Positions 53,342 to 62,433 of a DNA stretch of 64,000 nt are shown here, one piece after another. Below the pieces are notes generated by a model. That model was not told the origin of the DNA and made no database searches. It worked only from the letters and a program-made list of their open reading frames with translations. The stretch is from positions 32,001 through 96,000 of the IMG/VR virus record IMGVR_UViG_3300037067_027616. One strand, 5' to 3'. The translations under genes and the position numbers were made by a program. This stretch comes from a virus (taxonomy: Duplodnaviria > Caudoviricetes). Each line of letters begins with the position of its first letter. The first letter of the stretch is position 1.

Positions 53342-53910
53342 ATCAATATGTCTGTTTTTATCTCCTCAAGGGCCCCCACAAGCGTCATGAGAGAGGACTC
53401 TGAAAGCACCCCGGATATCCTTCTTCCTCCGATACCGAGGGGTTGACCGGTATTCTCGTCTATGCCTACCATGAGAAGTACATATGACCCGTCCTCCAGG
53501 TGGTCAGCGTCAGCCTCATCATCACTCACCCCCTCATTGGTGCGCTCAAGAAACTTCCCGAACGCCTCCATAACGGCTTGTGTTTTCTCCACCTCTATCA
53601 CGCTTATAGCCATCTTAAGCAAATCTGGTGGGAAACTGGACAGACGGCTCATCCTGCCATTCTTCTCATACTTGCATTTTCCGTTTTTGACTTCAATGCG
53701 AAGCAACGGTATTTCCTCTACCTTTGTTTCTTCACTAAGATATGGTGCGGCACCCTTGAACTTTTTCAAACGCACAAAAGCACCTGAGTCGGACTTAACC
53801 CACCTGTCGTTGCTGTCGAGGCAACAGTCGATGTACTTCTTTCCACTACCGCAAGGGCAATCATCGTTGGCACCGACCGGGCTGTACGATTCTGACTCTA
53901 TCTCTGACAT
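53275..53910 (-). CDS. SEC-C motif protein
   Basis: VGANDDCPCGSGKKYIDCC. Confidence 0.8.
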   Translation of the reverse strand: MSEIESESYSPVGANDDCPCGSGKKYIDCCLDSNDRWVKSDSGAFVRLKKFKGAAPYLSEETKVEEIPLLRIEVKNGKCKYEKNGRMSRLSSFPPDLLKMAISVIEVEKTQAVMEAFGKFLERTNEGVSDDEADADHLEDGSYVLLMVGIDENTGQPLGIGGRRISGVLSESSLMTLVGALEEIKTDILMCLTVNCFINGVIGGIDYGEEE

Positions 53911-53956
53911 GTTGATCCCTTCATTGCACGATGGTTTTTCATGATGTATACCGAGT

Positions 53957-54781
53957 TCAGTTCTCCAATATCTCCAATATGAGGGAATCAGGCTCCCCGG
54001 ACTGTACCCCGCGGTGAAACATAACGAGTTTCTTGTACTCCTGCCACACGGACGTCTTGTATTCCTTGATGTAGGCTTGCGCTTCTTTGCTCTTCTTTTT
54101 TATTTTAGCGGGATCGCCGGTTCCTGAAACGTAGTGTCGCATTGCATGTTGCAGTGCCTCGTTGCGCGTCTGTCCCTCATTGATGGCATCAGTATAGCTT
54201 TCTGAAAAATAGGTGAAACCTATAACCATGTTGTAGAGATCGTTCCACAACGTTTCACCTTCCTTGTATCTGATGCCCAATTTATTTGCAATGGATTTAC
54301 CGGTCTTCTCCATGACTTGTGTCATCCCTACGGCTCCGCTATCCGATGTAAGCGTAGGGTTGAAATTGGACTCGTACCTCACCAAAGCAGCGTATGCTTG
54401 CCAAGGTATACCGTACTTATTGGAGAAATCCTTGAATATGAATGCGTAATACCTTGATTCCCATACGGTAAGATGGTCATAAGCCATGGATAGAGTCTTC
54501 TCCATGTCCTTGACTTCTTTATCGACAATAGCCGATTCGGCCACCTTTTCCTGTAACCTTGTGTAATCCTCTACGAAGTACCGGGTTTTGTTCCACCCCA
54601 AATACAAGAGCCACATGACCCCGAGCGCGGCGCATGTGTAGAAAAGAATAAAAATTGCTGACCTGATTATAAGATGATGCCTGTGCATTGGGTGCTTATC
54701 GTGTTCGACTATTTCATCGACGAGTTCATTGGGACTTGGCACTATGGTATCCTCATCAACGGGTTCGATAAGTGTCTTCAT
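53957..54781 (-). CDS. Membrane-anchored SLT lytic transglycosylase
   Basis: TM helix; YESNFNP...GAVGMTQVM. Confidence 0.85.
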   Translation of the reverse strand: MKTLIEPVDEDTIVPSPNELVDEIVEHDKHPMHRHHLIIRSAIFILFYTCAALGVMWLLYLGWNKTRYFVEDYTRLQEKVAESAIVDKEVKDMEKTLSMAYDHLTVWESRYYAFIFKDFSNKYGIPWQAYAALVRYESNFNPTLTSDSGAVGMTQVMEKTGKSIANKLGIRYKEGETLWNDLYNMVIGFTYFSESYTDAINEGQTRNEALQHAMRHYVSGTGDPAKIKKKSKEAQAYIKEYKTSVWQEYKKLVMFHRGVQSGEPDSLILEILEN

Positions 54782-55113
54782 CAGGATACTATCTCCCTTT
54801 CTTTTTTCGGAAGAAAGGCCAAACCAATTTCAAGGCCGGAAGGTTCCACTTTCCTTCTGTATATATCCTTACCCCGTCTTGATACGCGCTTTACGTACGG
54901 TGACAATCTTTTACTGAGGAGTTGTATCGAAGACTCAAATCCCCCTGTCTGCTTTTTGATCCTGACGATCCCGGATGTCGGAGACACATAGGACACCACG
55001 TGTGGTTTTGACTTCACCACACCTATGCAGACGATGTCTCCGGCTTTGACTCTGGCACGCAATATCCTGGAGGCCTCGGATGACATAAATTCCACGGTCA
55101 CCGTTTTTCCCAT
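54781..55113 (-). CDS. Basic hypothetical protein
   Basis: Packed operon ORF. Confidence 0.45.
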   Translation of the reverse strand: MGKTVTVEFMSSEASRILRARVKAGDIVCIGVVKSKPHVVSYVSPTSGIVRIKKQTGGFESSIQLLSKRLSPYVKRVSRRGKDIYRRKVEPSGLEIGLAFLPKKEREIVS

Positions 55114-55122
55114 AGGTACCCC

Positions 55123-55314
55123 TCAATCAGAACTGTCGTAGCGATATGTATACTTGCACTCCGCGCATTTTACAACGTGTTCTATACCGCGATGCGGGGG
55201 GCCAACATCAACATCAGAAACAACATGGTTCTTTTTCTGGCATTCGGTGACAATCTCGGGATTTTTCGTCCACTCATTTGCCCAGCCAAGATCCTTATAC
55301 TCGGGGTCACTCAC
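55123..55314 (-). CDS. Small Zn-ribbon-like protein
   Basis: GTG after AGGAGG; CQKKNH..CAEC. Confidence 0.5.
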   Translation of the reverse strand: MSDPEYKDLGWANEWTKNPEIVTECQKKNHVVSDVDVGPPHRGIEHVVKCAECKYTYRYDSSD

Positions 55315-55326
55315 GATAAGCCTCCT

Positions 55327-55364
55327 AAAAGACAGCACCCGCCAGATTGCGGATGCTGTTTTAT
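55327..55364 (-). terminator. Hairpin terminator
   Basis: ACAGCATCCGC-AATCTG-GCGGGTGCTGT-CTTTT. Confidence 0.65.
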
Positions 55365-55412
55365 TAATATACCTTTTAGGGACTTAAAATTCGACTATTA
55401 TTTATCAGAAAT

Positions 55413-56315
55413 TTATGCAGCCACTTTGCGCGTAGTAGGCTTTGACCGCAAGGATATAAGCCTGTTGGCGATTGCCTGGTGGCTGTATTTAGGGAGGCCT
55501 TTGCGAGAATTGAAATGCGTCTGGATCTCGCGTATGCTATATCCCTGCAGTCGTTTAGATATGATGGCACGGTCGTGGCACTTGGACCCGTTGTGTATGG
55601 CGTCCATGAACTCCTTCTCCCTGATGCCAACATCAACTGAACATAGCGCCTCTGAATAAGTGTGTTCCCCGATGCACGTGGGAGTGTCATCGAACATGGG
55701 AAACAACTTGCTCTCGTGGTTCGCAGCATAACCCCAGGCACCACTGCCTGCATAGTGGTCTTCAGGGTCGGCGTTCTTTTCCCTTGCCGCCCACGGAATG
55801 AACCCACGCTCACGGCGTGCGGATTGCCAATTCGTGGGATAGGACATGGAGGAATCAATACGGCCGAACCGGCGCATGTGAAGTCCGTCCCGGTGGTACT
55901 CTTGACCCATGATGTGTTCGATCCACTTGTACAGGAACTGACCGCGTTTGGCCTTAAGGTTTATGCCCATGTCCAAGGCAACCCTTTCGGCCTCATCGTT
56001 GCCGGCCTTCATGAGACGGTTGTAGACACGCGTAGCCTTGGCCGCGCTGTCGGTGCGACGCTTGACCTCGGCACGCACGACCCGCGCCACTGACCACTTC
56101 TGGAAAACCTTGAGTTCATACAGGCCTACGAACAGGCGGTTGAACGCATCGGGGATGCCATCTTGGCTCGGATACTTGTGGATCATGTGCTTGAAGATGC
56201 GGTTGATCTCTGCCTGGTCGCTTTCATAATTCATTTTGAACTCGTCCGCGTCCATGGCAACAACATCATCCTTCTGACTTCCGGTAAGCACTTCACCGGC
56301 GAAAGAAGATTTCAT
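55413..56315 (-). CDS. Hypothetical protein, possible divergent sigma-like factor (C-terminal region-4-like HTH)
   Basis: DRAIISKRLQGYSIREIQ...SHQAIANRL; own promoter. Confidence 0.4.
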   Translation of the reverse strand: MKSSFAGEVLTGSQKDDVVAMDADEFKMNYESDQAEINRIFKHMIHKYPSQDGIPDAFNRLFVGLYELKVFQKWSVARVVRAEVKRRTDSAAKATRVYNRLMKAGNDEAERVALDMGINLKAKRGQFLYKWIEHIMGQEYHRDGLHMRRFGRIDSSMSYPTNWQSARRERGFIPWAAREKNADPEDHYAGSGAWGYAANHESKLFPMFDDTPTCIGEHTYSEALCSVDVGIREKEFMDAIHNGSKCHDRAIISKRLQGYSIREIQTHFNSRKGLPKYSHQAIANRLISLRSKPTTRKVAA

Positions 56316-56360
56316 GTGGGTCCTCCTGCTCTAGAGGTTTTTGGTATGTGATGTAATGCG

Positions 56361-56389
56361 AATATACGGACTGGCAAAACGTATGTCAA
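56361..56389 (-). promoter_or_regulatory. Sigma70-type promoter TTGACA-N17-TATATT
   Basis: Consensus -35, 17-bp spacer. Confidence 0.85.
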
Positions 56390-56390
56390 G

Positions 56391-56672
56391 TCATTTTACA
56401 CCTAATTCTTTTTCCATCGCATCCCTAATTGAATGCCTCCTCTTGACGTCCCTTGAAACCTCCGCGAGACGGGCGGATATCGGCGCCGGAGGCGGGTCAT
56501 TCAAAGCCTTCGACATAGAGCGCAACTCATCCAAAGTCTGCGCGCGGTAGCGGTTCTCGGCATCAAACCTTCGGGCCTTTTCGATAGCTGAAGACTCCAG
56601 CAGCTTGGCTGATTTCTCGAGCACACACCCCAAAACCCATATGCCTATTACAAACAAAATGAATCCGATCAT
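56391..56672 (-). CDS. Small membrane-anchored protein
   Basis: N-terminal TM; GGAGG RBS. Confidence 0.55.
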   Translation of the reverse strand: MIGFILFVIGIWVLGCVLEKSAKLLESSAIEKARRFDAENRYRAQTLDELRSMSKALNDPPPAPISARLAEVSRDVKRRHSIRDAMEKELGVK

Positions 56673-56681
56673 GGTGACCTC

Positions 56682-57593
56682 CTATCCCCGGGCCTTTGCC
56701 CGGGGGTTCACCTTGTGTGCATACTCATTGCGCAACTCCGCATCTGCCGATTCTGTGGCATCCTTGGTGACCACGTCCTTGATGGCCGCGTCCCAATCGT
56801 AGGCCCACTCCTCGACGAGCGACACGGCGCGTTGCGCCTGCTCGGTGGTGAGTTCACCACGTACTACACTGCAGGACACCGAATAAGGCACGTCCTGGCG
56901 ACACATCGCATCGAATGTTTCCGCCGCATCGTCCGAGCAAAGTATCTCCGCCTCGGTAAAGTGCAGAAGCATGTCGATGGCAAGTTCCTCACCGTACTTC
57001 TCAACCACACGCTGGCATGCCTTCACCACATCGCGCCACTGTGCCTCGGTGTAGGAGTCAAGCCGCGCATCGGTGATGGCTACATCTATCAAGTTCTCCG
57101 GCATGCCCATCTTCCGCAAGGCCTCATCGAACCCATCGCGGATCTCCTGTTCGCGGGTCGCCTTCCGTGCTCCCTTGAGGGCTTCCTTAAGACCCTCTGA
57201 ATGGGCGGTCGACTTGCATTGATTCTTCAAATACCGCTGGTAGTCAGGATTAGGACGGCCGAGGATCGTGGGACTCGGAACATTGAGTCCCTCGGGATCC
57301 TTCTCGCGGCCCGACACTATGCCCTTGTACCTTGATATAACACTTTTAATGCGCGGGTCGCCCACCCATTTGGAAGGTTCAACCACACACATTCTCTCAT
57401 ACATACGTGCCACACTCTCCTCCGATGCAGGGCCAAGAACCTTGTCTGCTCCATAGGAGCCACTGAACTCCTCGAGCTTGTCATTAAGACGCGCCGCCCT
57501 GCCGGACAATGACCGAGTGACAGGGCCGCAGACGATACGCATGAAGCCCCAGCACACAAGTCCCAACACAATGGCTACGATCCATCCGAACAT
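56682..57593 (-). CDS. Membrane-anchored helical protein
   Basis: N-terminal TM. Confidence 0.55.
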   Translation of the reverse strand: MFGWIVAIVLGLVCWGFMRIVCGPVTRSLSGRAARLNDKLEEFSGSYGADKVLGPASEESVARMYERMCVVEPSKWVGDPRIKSVISRYKGIVSGREKDPEGLNVPSPTILGRPNPDYQRYLKNQCKSTAHSEGLKEALKGARKATREQEIRDGFDEALRKMGMPENLIDVAITDARLDSYTEAQWRDVVKACQRVVEKYGEELAIDMLLHFTEAEILCSDDAAETFDAMCRQDVPYSVSCSVVRGELTTEQAQRAVSLVEEWAYDWDAAIKDVVTKDATESADAELRNEYAHKVNPRAKARG

Positions 57594-57611
57594 GGCGAGC
57601 CCCCTTTCTTT

Positions 57612-58625
57612 TCAAACCAAGGACAGTTCCTTGCGGTACTGGTCGACAAGGCCACGAATGCTGGCTTCGTCAGCCGCCATAGTCGCAAGGCACTCCAACT
57701 CCGTAGTCACATTCGTGCGAAGACCCTTATCGCTGATGATGTCCTTGTCCTTGTACATGTCCAACACCCTTGTCTTGAACTCTTTGAGCTTCCCTTTGAA
57801 ATGTTCATCGCCGGCGAGATCCATCGACTCATACCGGTCAATCATCTTCCTCACCACATCAAGCGTCGCCTTCGTAAGACGCTTGCCTTCCTTGAACGTC
57901 TTGGCCGCATGCGAAAGAGCCTCGGTCGCCTCACCGCGCATCTGCGCCACCACTTGTTCCGAGAACGTGTTCACACGCTGACGGATGCTCTCCGTATACG
58001 CCTCACGAAGCAACCTGACCTTGTCCGCATCCTGGGCGATGTCCTCATAGGTCGCCCTCGTTATGTCCGGCAGCTGAACCTGGAAGACCACAAAATCCAT
58101 GTGATACTTTCTCCGCAATTCCTGCGGAGTGGGGTACACTTTGTTGATCCTTTCCAAGAACTCGTTTACGTAATCATCCTCCGTCTGATCCAAGCCGCCG
58201 CACAGGAGTGTCCTGCGCTTGTAGGCCTCGTGTGCCGCCGTCACGAACTCAGACCGCATGTCCATGCGGTGTTTGTCGTACTCCGACACAACCTTGTCCG
58301 CCGCATCATCATAGCAACGGATAAGGTGCTGGAGCTTGCTTGTGCATTCCTCAAGGTTTGTGCGTGGCACGAACCGGGCCCAACCGAACGGGAACGGGAA
58401 GCTGTAACGTGTCACTGTTTCCCTTGCTTGATACTCAAGGTGACGTATCTCCGCCATAGCCGATGCGGGTATCAACTTTTTGTGCCCGAGGATGAACGTG
58501 GCCGGCAGATCTTCTTTGGTCAGCCCGAGGTCTTCCGGCTGAAGCTTGCGCTCCGCCATCCACATCCCGACATTCAAGTCGATAAGACATCCCTTGCGAA
58601 ATATTTCCTGTAGTGACTCGGTCAT
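57612..58625 (-). CDS. DUF3150-like protein
   Basis: L..GMW..ERKL.PEDLG...LG.KKLIP...FPFG.ARFVP pattern. Confidence 0.6.
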   Translation of the reverse strand: MTESLQEIFRKGCLIDLNVGMWMAERKLQPEDLGLTKEDLPATFILGHKKLIPASAMAEIRHLEYQARETVTRYSFPFPFGWARFVPRTNLEECTSKLQHLIRCYDDAADKVVSEYDKHRMDMRSEFVTAAHEAYKRRTLLCGGLDQTEDDYVNEFLERINKVYPTPQELRRKYHMDFVVFQVQLPDITRATYEDIAQDADKVRLLREAYTESIRQRVNTFSEQVVAQMRGEATEALSHAAKTFKEGKRLTKATLDVVRKMIDRYESMDLAGDEHFKGKLKEFKTRVLDMYKDKDIISDKGLRTNVTTELECLATMAADEASIRGLVDQYRKELSLV

Positions 58626-59239
58626 TTCCTCAGCTCCCGGTAAGGATTAAGAATCTTCGGCTTTGTTTTATTACCCTCAATCGTCCACGGATAACACACA
58701 GCCACCAACCCGTAGTTTACCTCATTGCCCTCCTGTGAAGCCCACGCAAGGCCATCTTCGCTGACCTGCCCCTGGGTCTCGAACGGAGCCTGCGTGATAC
58801 GCGCCGTGGGATCCTCACGCGTCCAATAACACACGTGAAGAACTTTGCAGGCATCAGGCTCATCGTTCAGAGTCTCCGGTATCTCCGCGTTCGGGTCATC
58901 GTATTCTGCATACATGCAAGCCATGACCAAGGCGACCGCATCAGGGTTCAGCTTGTCGACTATTTCATCCGCCACCTTCTGGATGTTCTTCTCGTCCTCA
59001 TCGCCCTGCAACTTGAAACCAACAAGCGAACGATAGATCTTATCCGGCTCGTCCGTGTCAGCCTTGTCTTCCGAATCTACCGTTATGATCGACTCGTTCT
59101 GTATAATCGAAAGGTCAAGCGGCTCTCCCTTGTTGATGGCGTACAGCACAGGATAATGATGACCGTAACGCTTCATGAACGCAAACATCCTCTCCATGGA
59201 AAGACTCACAACCAAAGATGCTTCTACATGTCTGATCAT
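58622..59239 (-). CDS. Acidic hypothetical protein
   Basis: Packed operon ORF. Confidence 0.5.
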   Translation of the reverse strand: MIRHVEASLVVSLSMERMFAFMKRYGHHYPVLYAINKGEPLDLSIIQNESIITVDSEDKADTDEPDKIYRSLVGFKLQGDEDEKNIQKVADEIVDKLNPDAVALVMACMYAEYDDPNAEIPETLNDEPDACKVLHVCYWTREDPTARITQAPFETQGQVSEDGLAWASQEGNEVNYGLVAVCYPWTIEGNKTKPKILNPYRELRK

Positions 59240-59242
59240 GTG

Positions 59243-60454
59243 TTACCTTCCTTTCCGTTTCCCAAGGAGAACCCGAAGGTTGTCCGGGGTCACCCAAGGA
59301 GCCTGCACCCTGCGGAGCCTCTCCGACTCAAGCCGCGCGGTCGGGTCACGGTACAGCATGTCACCCTCGCCCGTCAAAGTCTCGGCACCGTTTTCGTCCA
59401 ACACCACACGCGAGTCCGCAGAAGAAGTCACCGAGAACGCCGCCCGTGCAGGCATGTTGCCCTTGATGAGGGACGTCACGACGGTTACCAAAGGCTTCTG
59501 CGTACCGAGTACCAGGTGTATGCCCACCGCCCGGGCCTTCTGCGCCAACCGCACGATAGCCTGCTCGACCGTCTGCCTCTGCTCCTTCGAACCCATCAGC
59601 ATGAGGTCGGCGAACTCATCAACAGCAACCACGATGTACGGGAACACGTTCTTGGGAGCGACCTTGTTATACTCCTTGATGTTCTTGCACCGGGCATCCT
59701 TGAGCACCTCGAAACGCCGCTCCATCTCGGCAACAGCGCCACGGAGAAGATCACGGGCCTCGTCAACTTCGTATGCAGGCTCGCCATCGACATGGCAGTC
59801 GCCTTCAAAGTCAGCGAACTCCACACGCTTCGGGTCGACCAGTTTCAAACGCAGACGGTCAGGCCCGAGGACGGCACACAGGGTGGAAAGCACCGAAGTC
59901 ATGAACACCGATTTGCCCGAACCGGTCTGACCGGCGACGAGCAGATGCGGCATGTCTGCAAGGTCACGGTAAACACCACGACCGTACGTGTCCTCGCCAA
60001 GGATGACAGGGAGCGCCATGCCTGCGGGGATGTTCGTGACAAGACCTTTGAAGTCAACCGAGAGACGAGTACCATTCTCGACCTCGATGCCGACAGTCAT
60101 GCTGCCGCTGGTAGCCTTGACGATGCGCAGGCTCGGCACACCAAGGTCCCGGGCGATGTCGTCCCGGTAACGCTCGATGGAAGACAGCCGGGTGCCAACG
60201 GGGATGGCAACCTCGTAGGTGGTCACCGAAGGGCCAATGCGATAGTCCTTGAAGGAACCTTCGAGGCCGTACCGAGCGAGAACTTCCTCGACCCGCGAAG
60301 GCTCGACAGGGGCCTTGAACTCTGCCTCACGCTTTGTGTCTTCGTCCGACAGTCCATCAAGAAGGGAAAGGTCAGGACGATGCCACGAGTAACGATTCGG
60401 GGACACAGCTTTCACAAGGAGCTTGAGTATCGAACCTGCTTTGCGAGTGTTCAT
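59243..60454 (-). CDS. ftsK: FtsK/SpoIIIE motor ATPase (alpha+beta domains only)
   Basis: GPSVTTYE, PHLLVAGQTGSGKS, VDPK.VE, VDEFADL, RAVGIHLVLGTQKP, SRVVLD..GAE.L.G.GDML. Confidence 0.9.
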   Translation of the reverse strand: MNTRKAGSILKLLVKAVSPNRYSWHRPDLSLLDGLSDEDTKREAEFKAPVEPSRVEEVLARYGLEGSFKDYRIGPSVTTYEVAIPVGTRLSSIERYRDDIARDLGVPSLRIVKATSGSMTVGIEVENGTRLSVDFKGLVTNIPAGMALPVILGEDTYGRGVYRDLADMPHLLVAGQTGSGKSVFMTSVLSTLCAVLGPDRLRLKLVDPKRVEFADFEGDCHVDGEPAYEVDEARDLLRGAVAEMERRFEVLKDARCKNIKEYNKVAPKNVFPYIVVAVDEFADLMLMGSKEQRQTVEQAIVRLAQKARAVGIHLVLGTQKPLVTVVTSLIKGNMPARAAFSVTSSADSRVVLDENGAETLTGEGDMLYRDPTARLESERLRRVQAPWVTPDNLRVLLGKRKGR

Positions 60455-60478
60455 GTGTCCACCTCCTTCCTTACAAGG

Positions 60479-60507
60479 AATATACTAAAATAATAAGCGC
60501 TTGTCAA
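60479..60507 (-). promoter_or_regulatory. Sigma70-type promoter TTGACA-N17-TATATT
   Basis: Consensus -35, 17-bp spacer, upstream of ftsK with GGAGG RBS. Confidence 0.88.
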
Positions 60508-60583
60508 CAGTTTTCTTTAGTTCCTGGAAAACCTTGTAACTCGTTGTTAAATAATGGGAATCAAATATAGAGGGGAAAAGAAA

Positions 60584-60985
60584 TCAAAGTAAATCGTCTT
60601 CAGTGTCACGGTCGCTTTCCAAAACGCCGGAGTATTCCACAGGATATGAACGTCCATCCTCCACCCATGTGCCCTTTAGCACGATGCCCTTATCTTGTTG
60701 CTCGACCCTCAATCCCTCCACCAAGTATCCCTTCCAATCCAACGAACGAATCGTCGACCTCTCACGGTATCTTCCGTACCCTGTGTATTGGAAGGAACAC
60801 TGCCACCCACTAGGAATCTCAACCGCTTTCACTCGATACGCTGTGTGGCTGTCACCGAAATCAAACATGATCTGTTTAATGCCCGACCCCGGAGTGAGGA
60901 CTTTCATGAGTACCCTTTTATACTCATAGTCCCCTATGACGGGTCGTTTGAACACCAGCTTTCCTATGTAATCCTTGATGTTCAT
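60584..60985 (-). CDS. Hypothetical protein
   Basis: Packed operon ORF. Confidence 0.5.
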   Translation of the reverse strand: MNIKDYIGKLVFKRPVIGDYEYKRVLMKVLTPGSGIKQIMFDFGDSHTAYRVKAVEIPSGWQCSFQYTGYGRYRERSTIRSLDWKGYLVEGLRVEQQDKGIVLKGTWVEDGRSYPVEYSGVLESDRDTEDDLL

Positions 60986-61443
60986 CAGGCAGCATCCTTT
61001 TTATTTTTGGAAAAAATTACCTTGATGTAATGATCCAACTCACCGTGCAACCCTATCAACATCGGAAGAAAATTTTCTTGGCTGAGGATGCACATAAGAA
61101 TCTTATGGCTCTCGCCTGCAGGGAGGTCTTCTATCCAGGTGCTCAATTTAGGGTACTTGTGTTCCCGATAATAATCCTTTAACGCTTCAATCATAATCTG
61201 TATCAAGATCCCAAAAAGAAAAATAAGGGCCAAGACAATAAGCAAAATCAATGTGACCAATAAACCACCCATCGTTTTCATTACAACATCGCCATCATTC
61301 ACATTAAGCAAACGGTGGGTGACAGTACCTACAAAGTAAAAGATTGACAACAGAACTGCTGTGCCCGAAACACCCATGCAAAACGTGACAGCCCCCGTTG
61401 TCGCTTTCGACCAGAACGCGCTTTTTATCATATCGACCGTCAC
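60985..61443 (-). CDS. Membrane protein
   Basis: Two TM helices. Confidence 0.5.
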   Translation of the reverse strand: MTVDMIKSAFWSKATTGAVTFCMGVSGTAVLLSIFYFVGTVTHRLLNVNDGDVVMKTMGGLLVTLILLIVLALIFLFGILIQIMIEALKDYYREHKYPKLSTWIEDLPAGESHKILMCILSQENFLPMLIGLHGELDHYIKVIFSKNKKDAA

Positions 61444-61697
61444 TTTCCGACTGTCATGCGAAATTTGAGATAGCCTTGCCTCGCCTCATCAATGTAGAGC
61501 GGAGGCACCTGCTCGATGGGTATCTCGAACAAGTGCTTCACATCATCCTTGAGTCCGTGGCTCTCAAGCAACTCCTTGAATTTCGCCGGCGAGTAGTCGA
61601 GTCGAGGTAGAAAGGCGGCGGGTATCGACCCGGGGGACGACACCCGCGCCAGCATCTTCATGTCCTCCTTCGTGTAGCGAGGTGAGGCCATGGTCAC
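61440..61697 (-). CDS. Hypothetical protein
   Basis: Overlapping start/stop with neighbours. Confidence 0.5.
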   Translation of the reverse strand: MTMASPRYTKEDMKMLARVSSPGSIPAAFLPRLDYSPAKFKELLESHGLKDDVKHLFEIPIEQVPPLYIDEARQGYLKFRMTVGK

Positions 61698-62371
61698 ACC
61701 GCCTGGCTTGCATCCTTGACGGTGTCTGCGGCCTGCTTGAAACCCCCTTCAAGAGCGGCCTTCTCGGCATCGGGCAAGGCATACTGCTTCTTGTCCATGC
61801 CCTCGCGCACCACGTAGATGGTCTCCTTCTTGAAATACTTCTTGATGCCTTCGATACCGAGGGCGGCTTCAAGCGCCTTGGAAAGTTCGACGCGCTCGGC
61901 GCGGTTCTTCAGTATCTCGTCCTTGATTGAAATCGTGGTGTCTTCCTCGGCGATGGCATCAAAGAAAACGGCCCCGACCTTCGACCGCACCGCCTTGAGA
62001 TCCACGCCCTTTATGGCAATCCACTTGTCAGACTGTGACACATCCGCCTGGAACAGCACCTTGTCCTTGCGCTCCCCGACAACGCGGTAGGTCTTCTGGT
62101 AATCACCCTGCTTGGCATTGCCCTCACGGAGTTCGCCCACGTACGCACGCAGCACCTCGGCGTGTTCCGCAGCGGCCTCTTCTGCGGCCTTCTTCTCGGC
62201 AAGAGCCTTGCAATACTTCCGCACAGCCTCCAGGACCGGTTGCGGATCGGACTTGTTCTCGACCTCCACCACCGTGTCCTGCGGATCGACCGCACGCACT
62301 TCCGACTTCTTGCCGGACGCCGTGAGTGTCGGAGCCGATGCGTGCTTGAGAATACCCTTTACCTTTGCCAT
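61694..62371 (-). CDS. Hypothetical Lys/Ala/Glu-rich protein
   Basis: GGAGG RBS, strong codon bias. Confidence 0.6.
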   Translation of the reverse strand: MAKVKGILKHASAPTLTASGKKSEVRAVDPQDTVVEVENKSDPQPVLEAVRKYCKALAEKKAAEEAAAEHAEVLRAYVGELREGNAKQGDYQKTYRVVGERKDKVLFQADVSQSDKWIAIKGVDLKAVRSKVGAVFFDAIAEEDTTISIKDEILKNRAERVELSKALEAALGIEGIKKYFKKETIYVVREGMDKKQYALPDAEKAALEGGFKQAADTVKDASQAV

Positions 62372-62433
62372 GACCCACCTCCACCATGTTGATATAAACC
62401 AGAACCTTCAAGGCGCCCCATGCGCCTTGAAGG

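Noticed and set aside
58835-60493. 552-aa + strand ORF (also 24214..25221, 37325..38215, 57801..58613)
   Set aside because: Antisense shadows of codon-biased real genes (FtsK, vWA, PARP, DUF3150); no recognisable motifs
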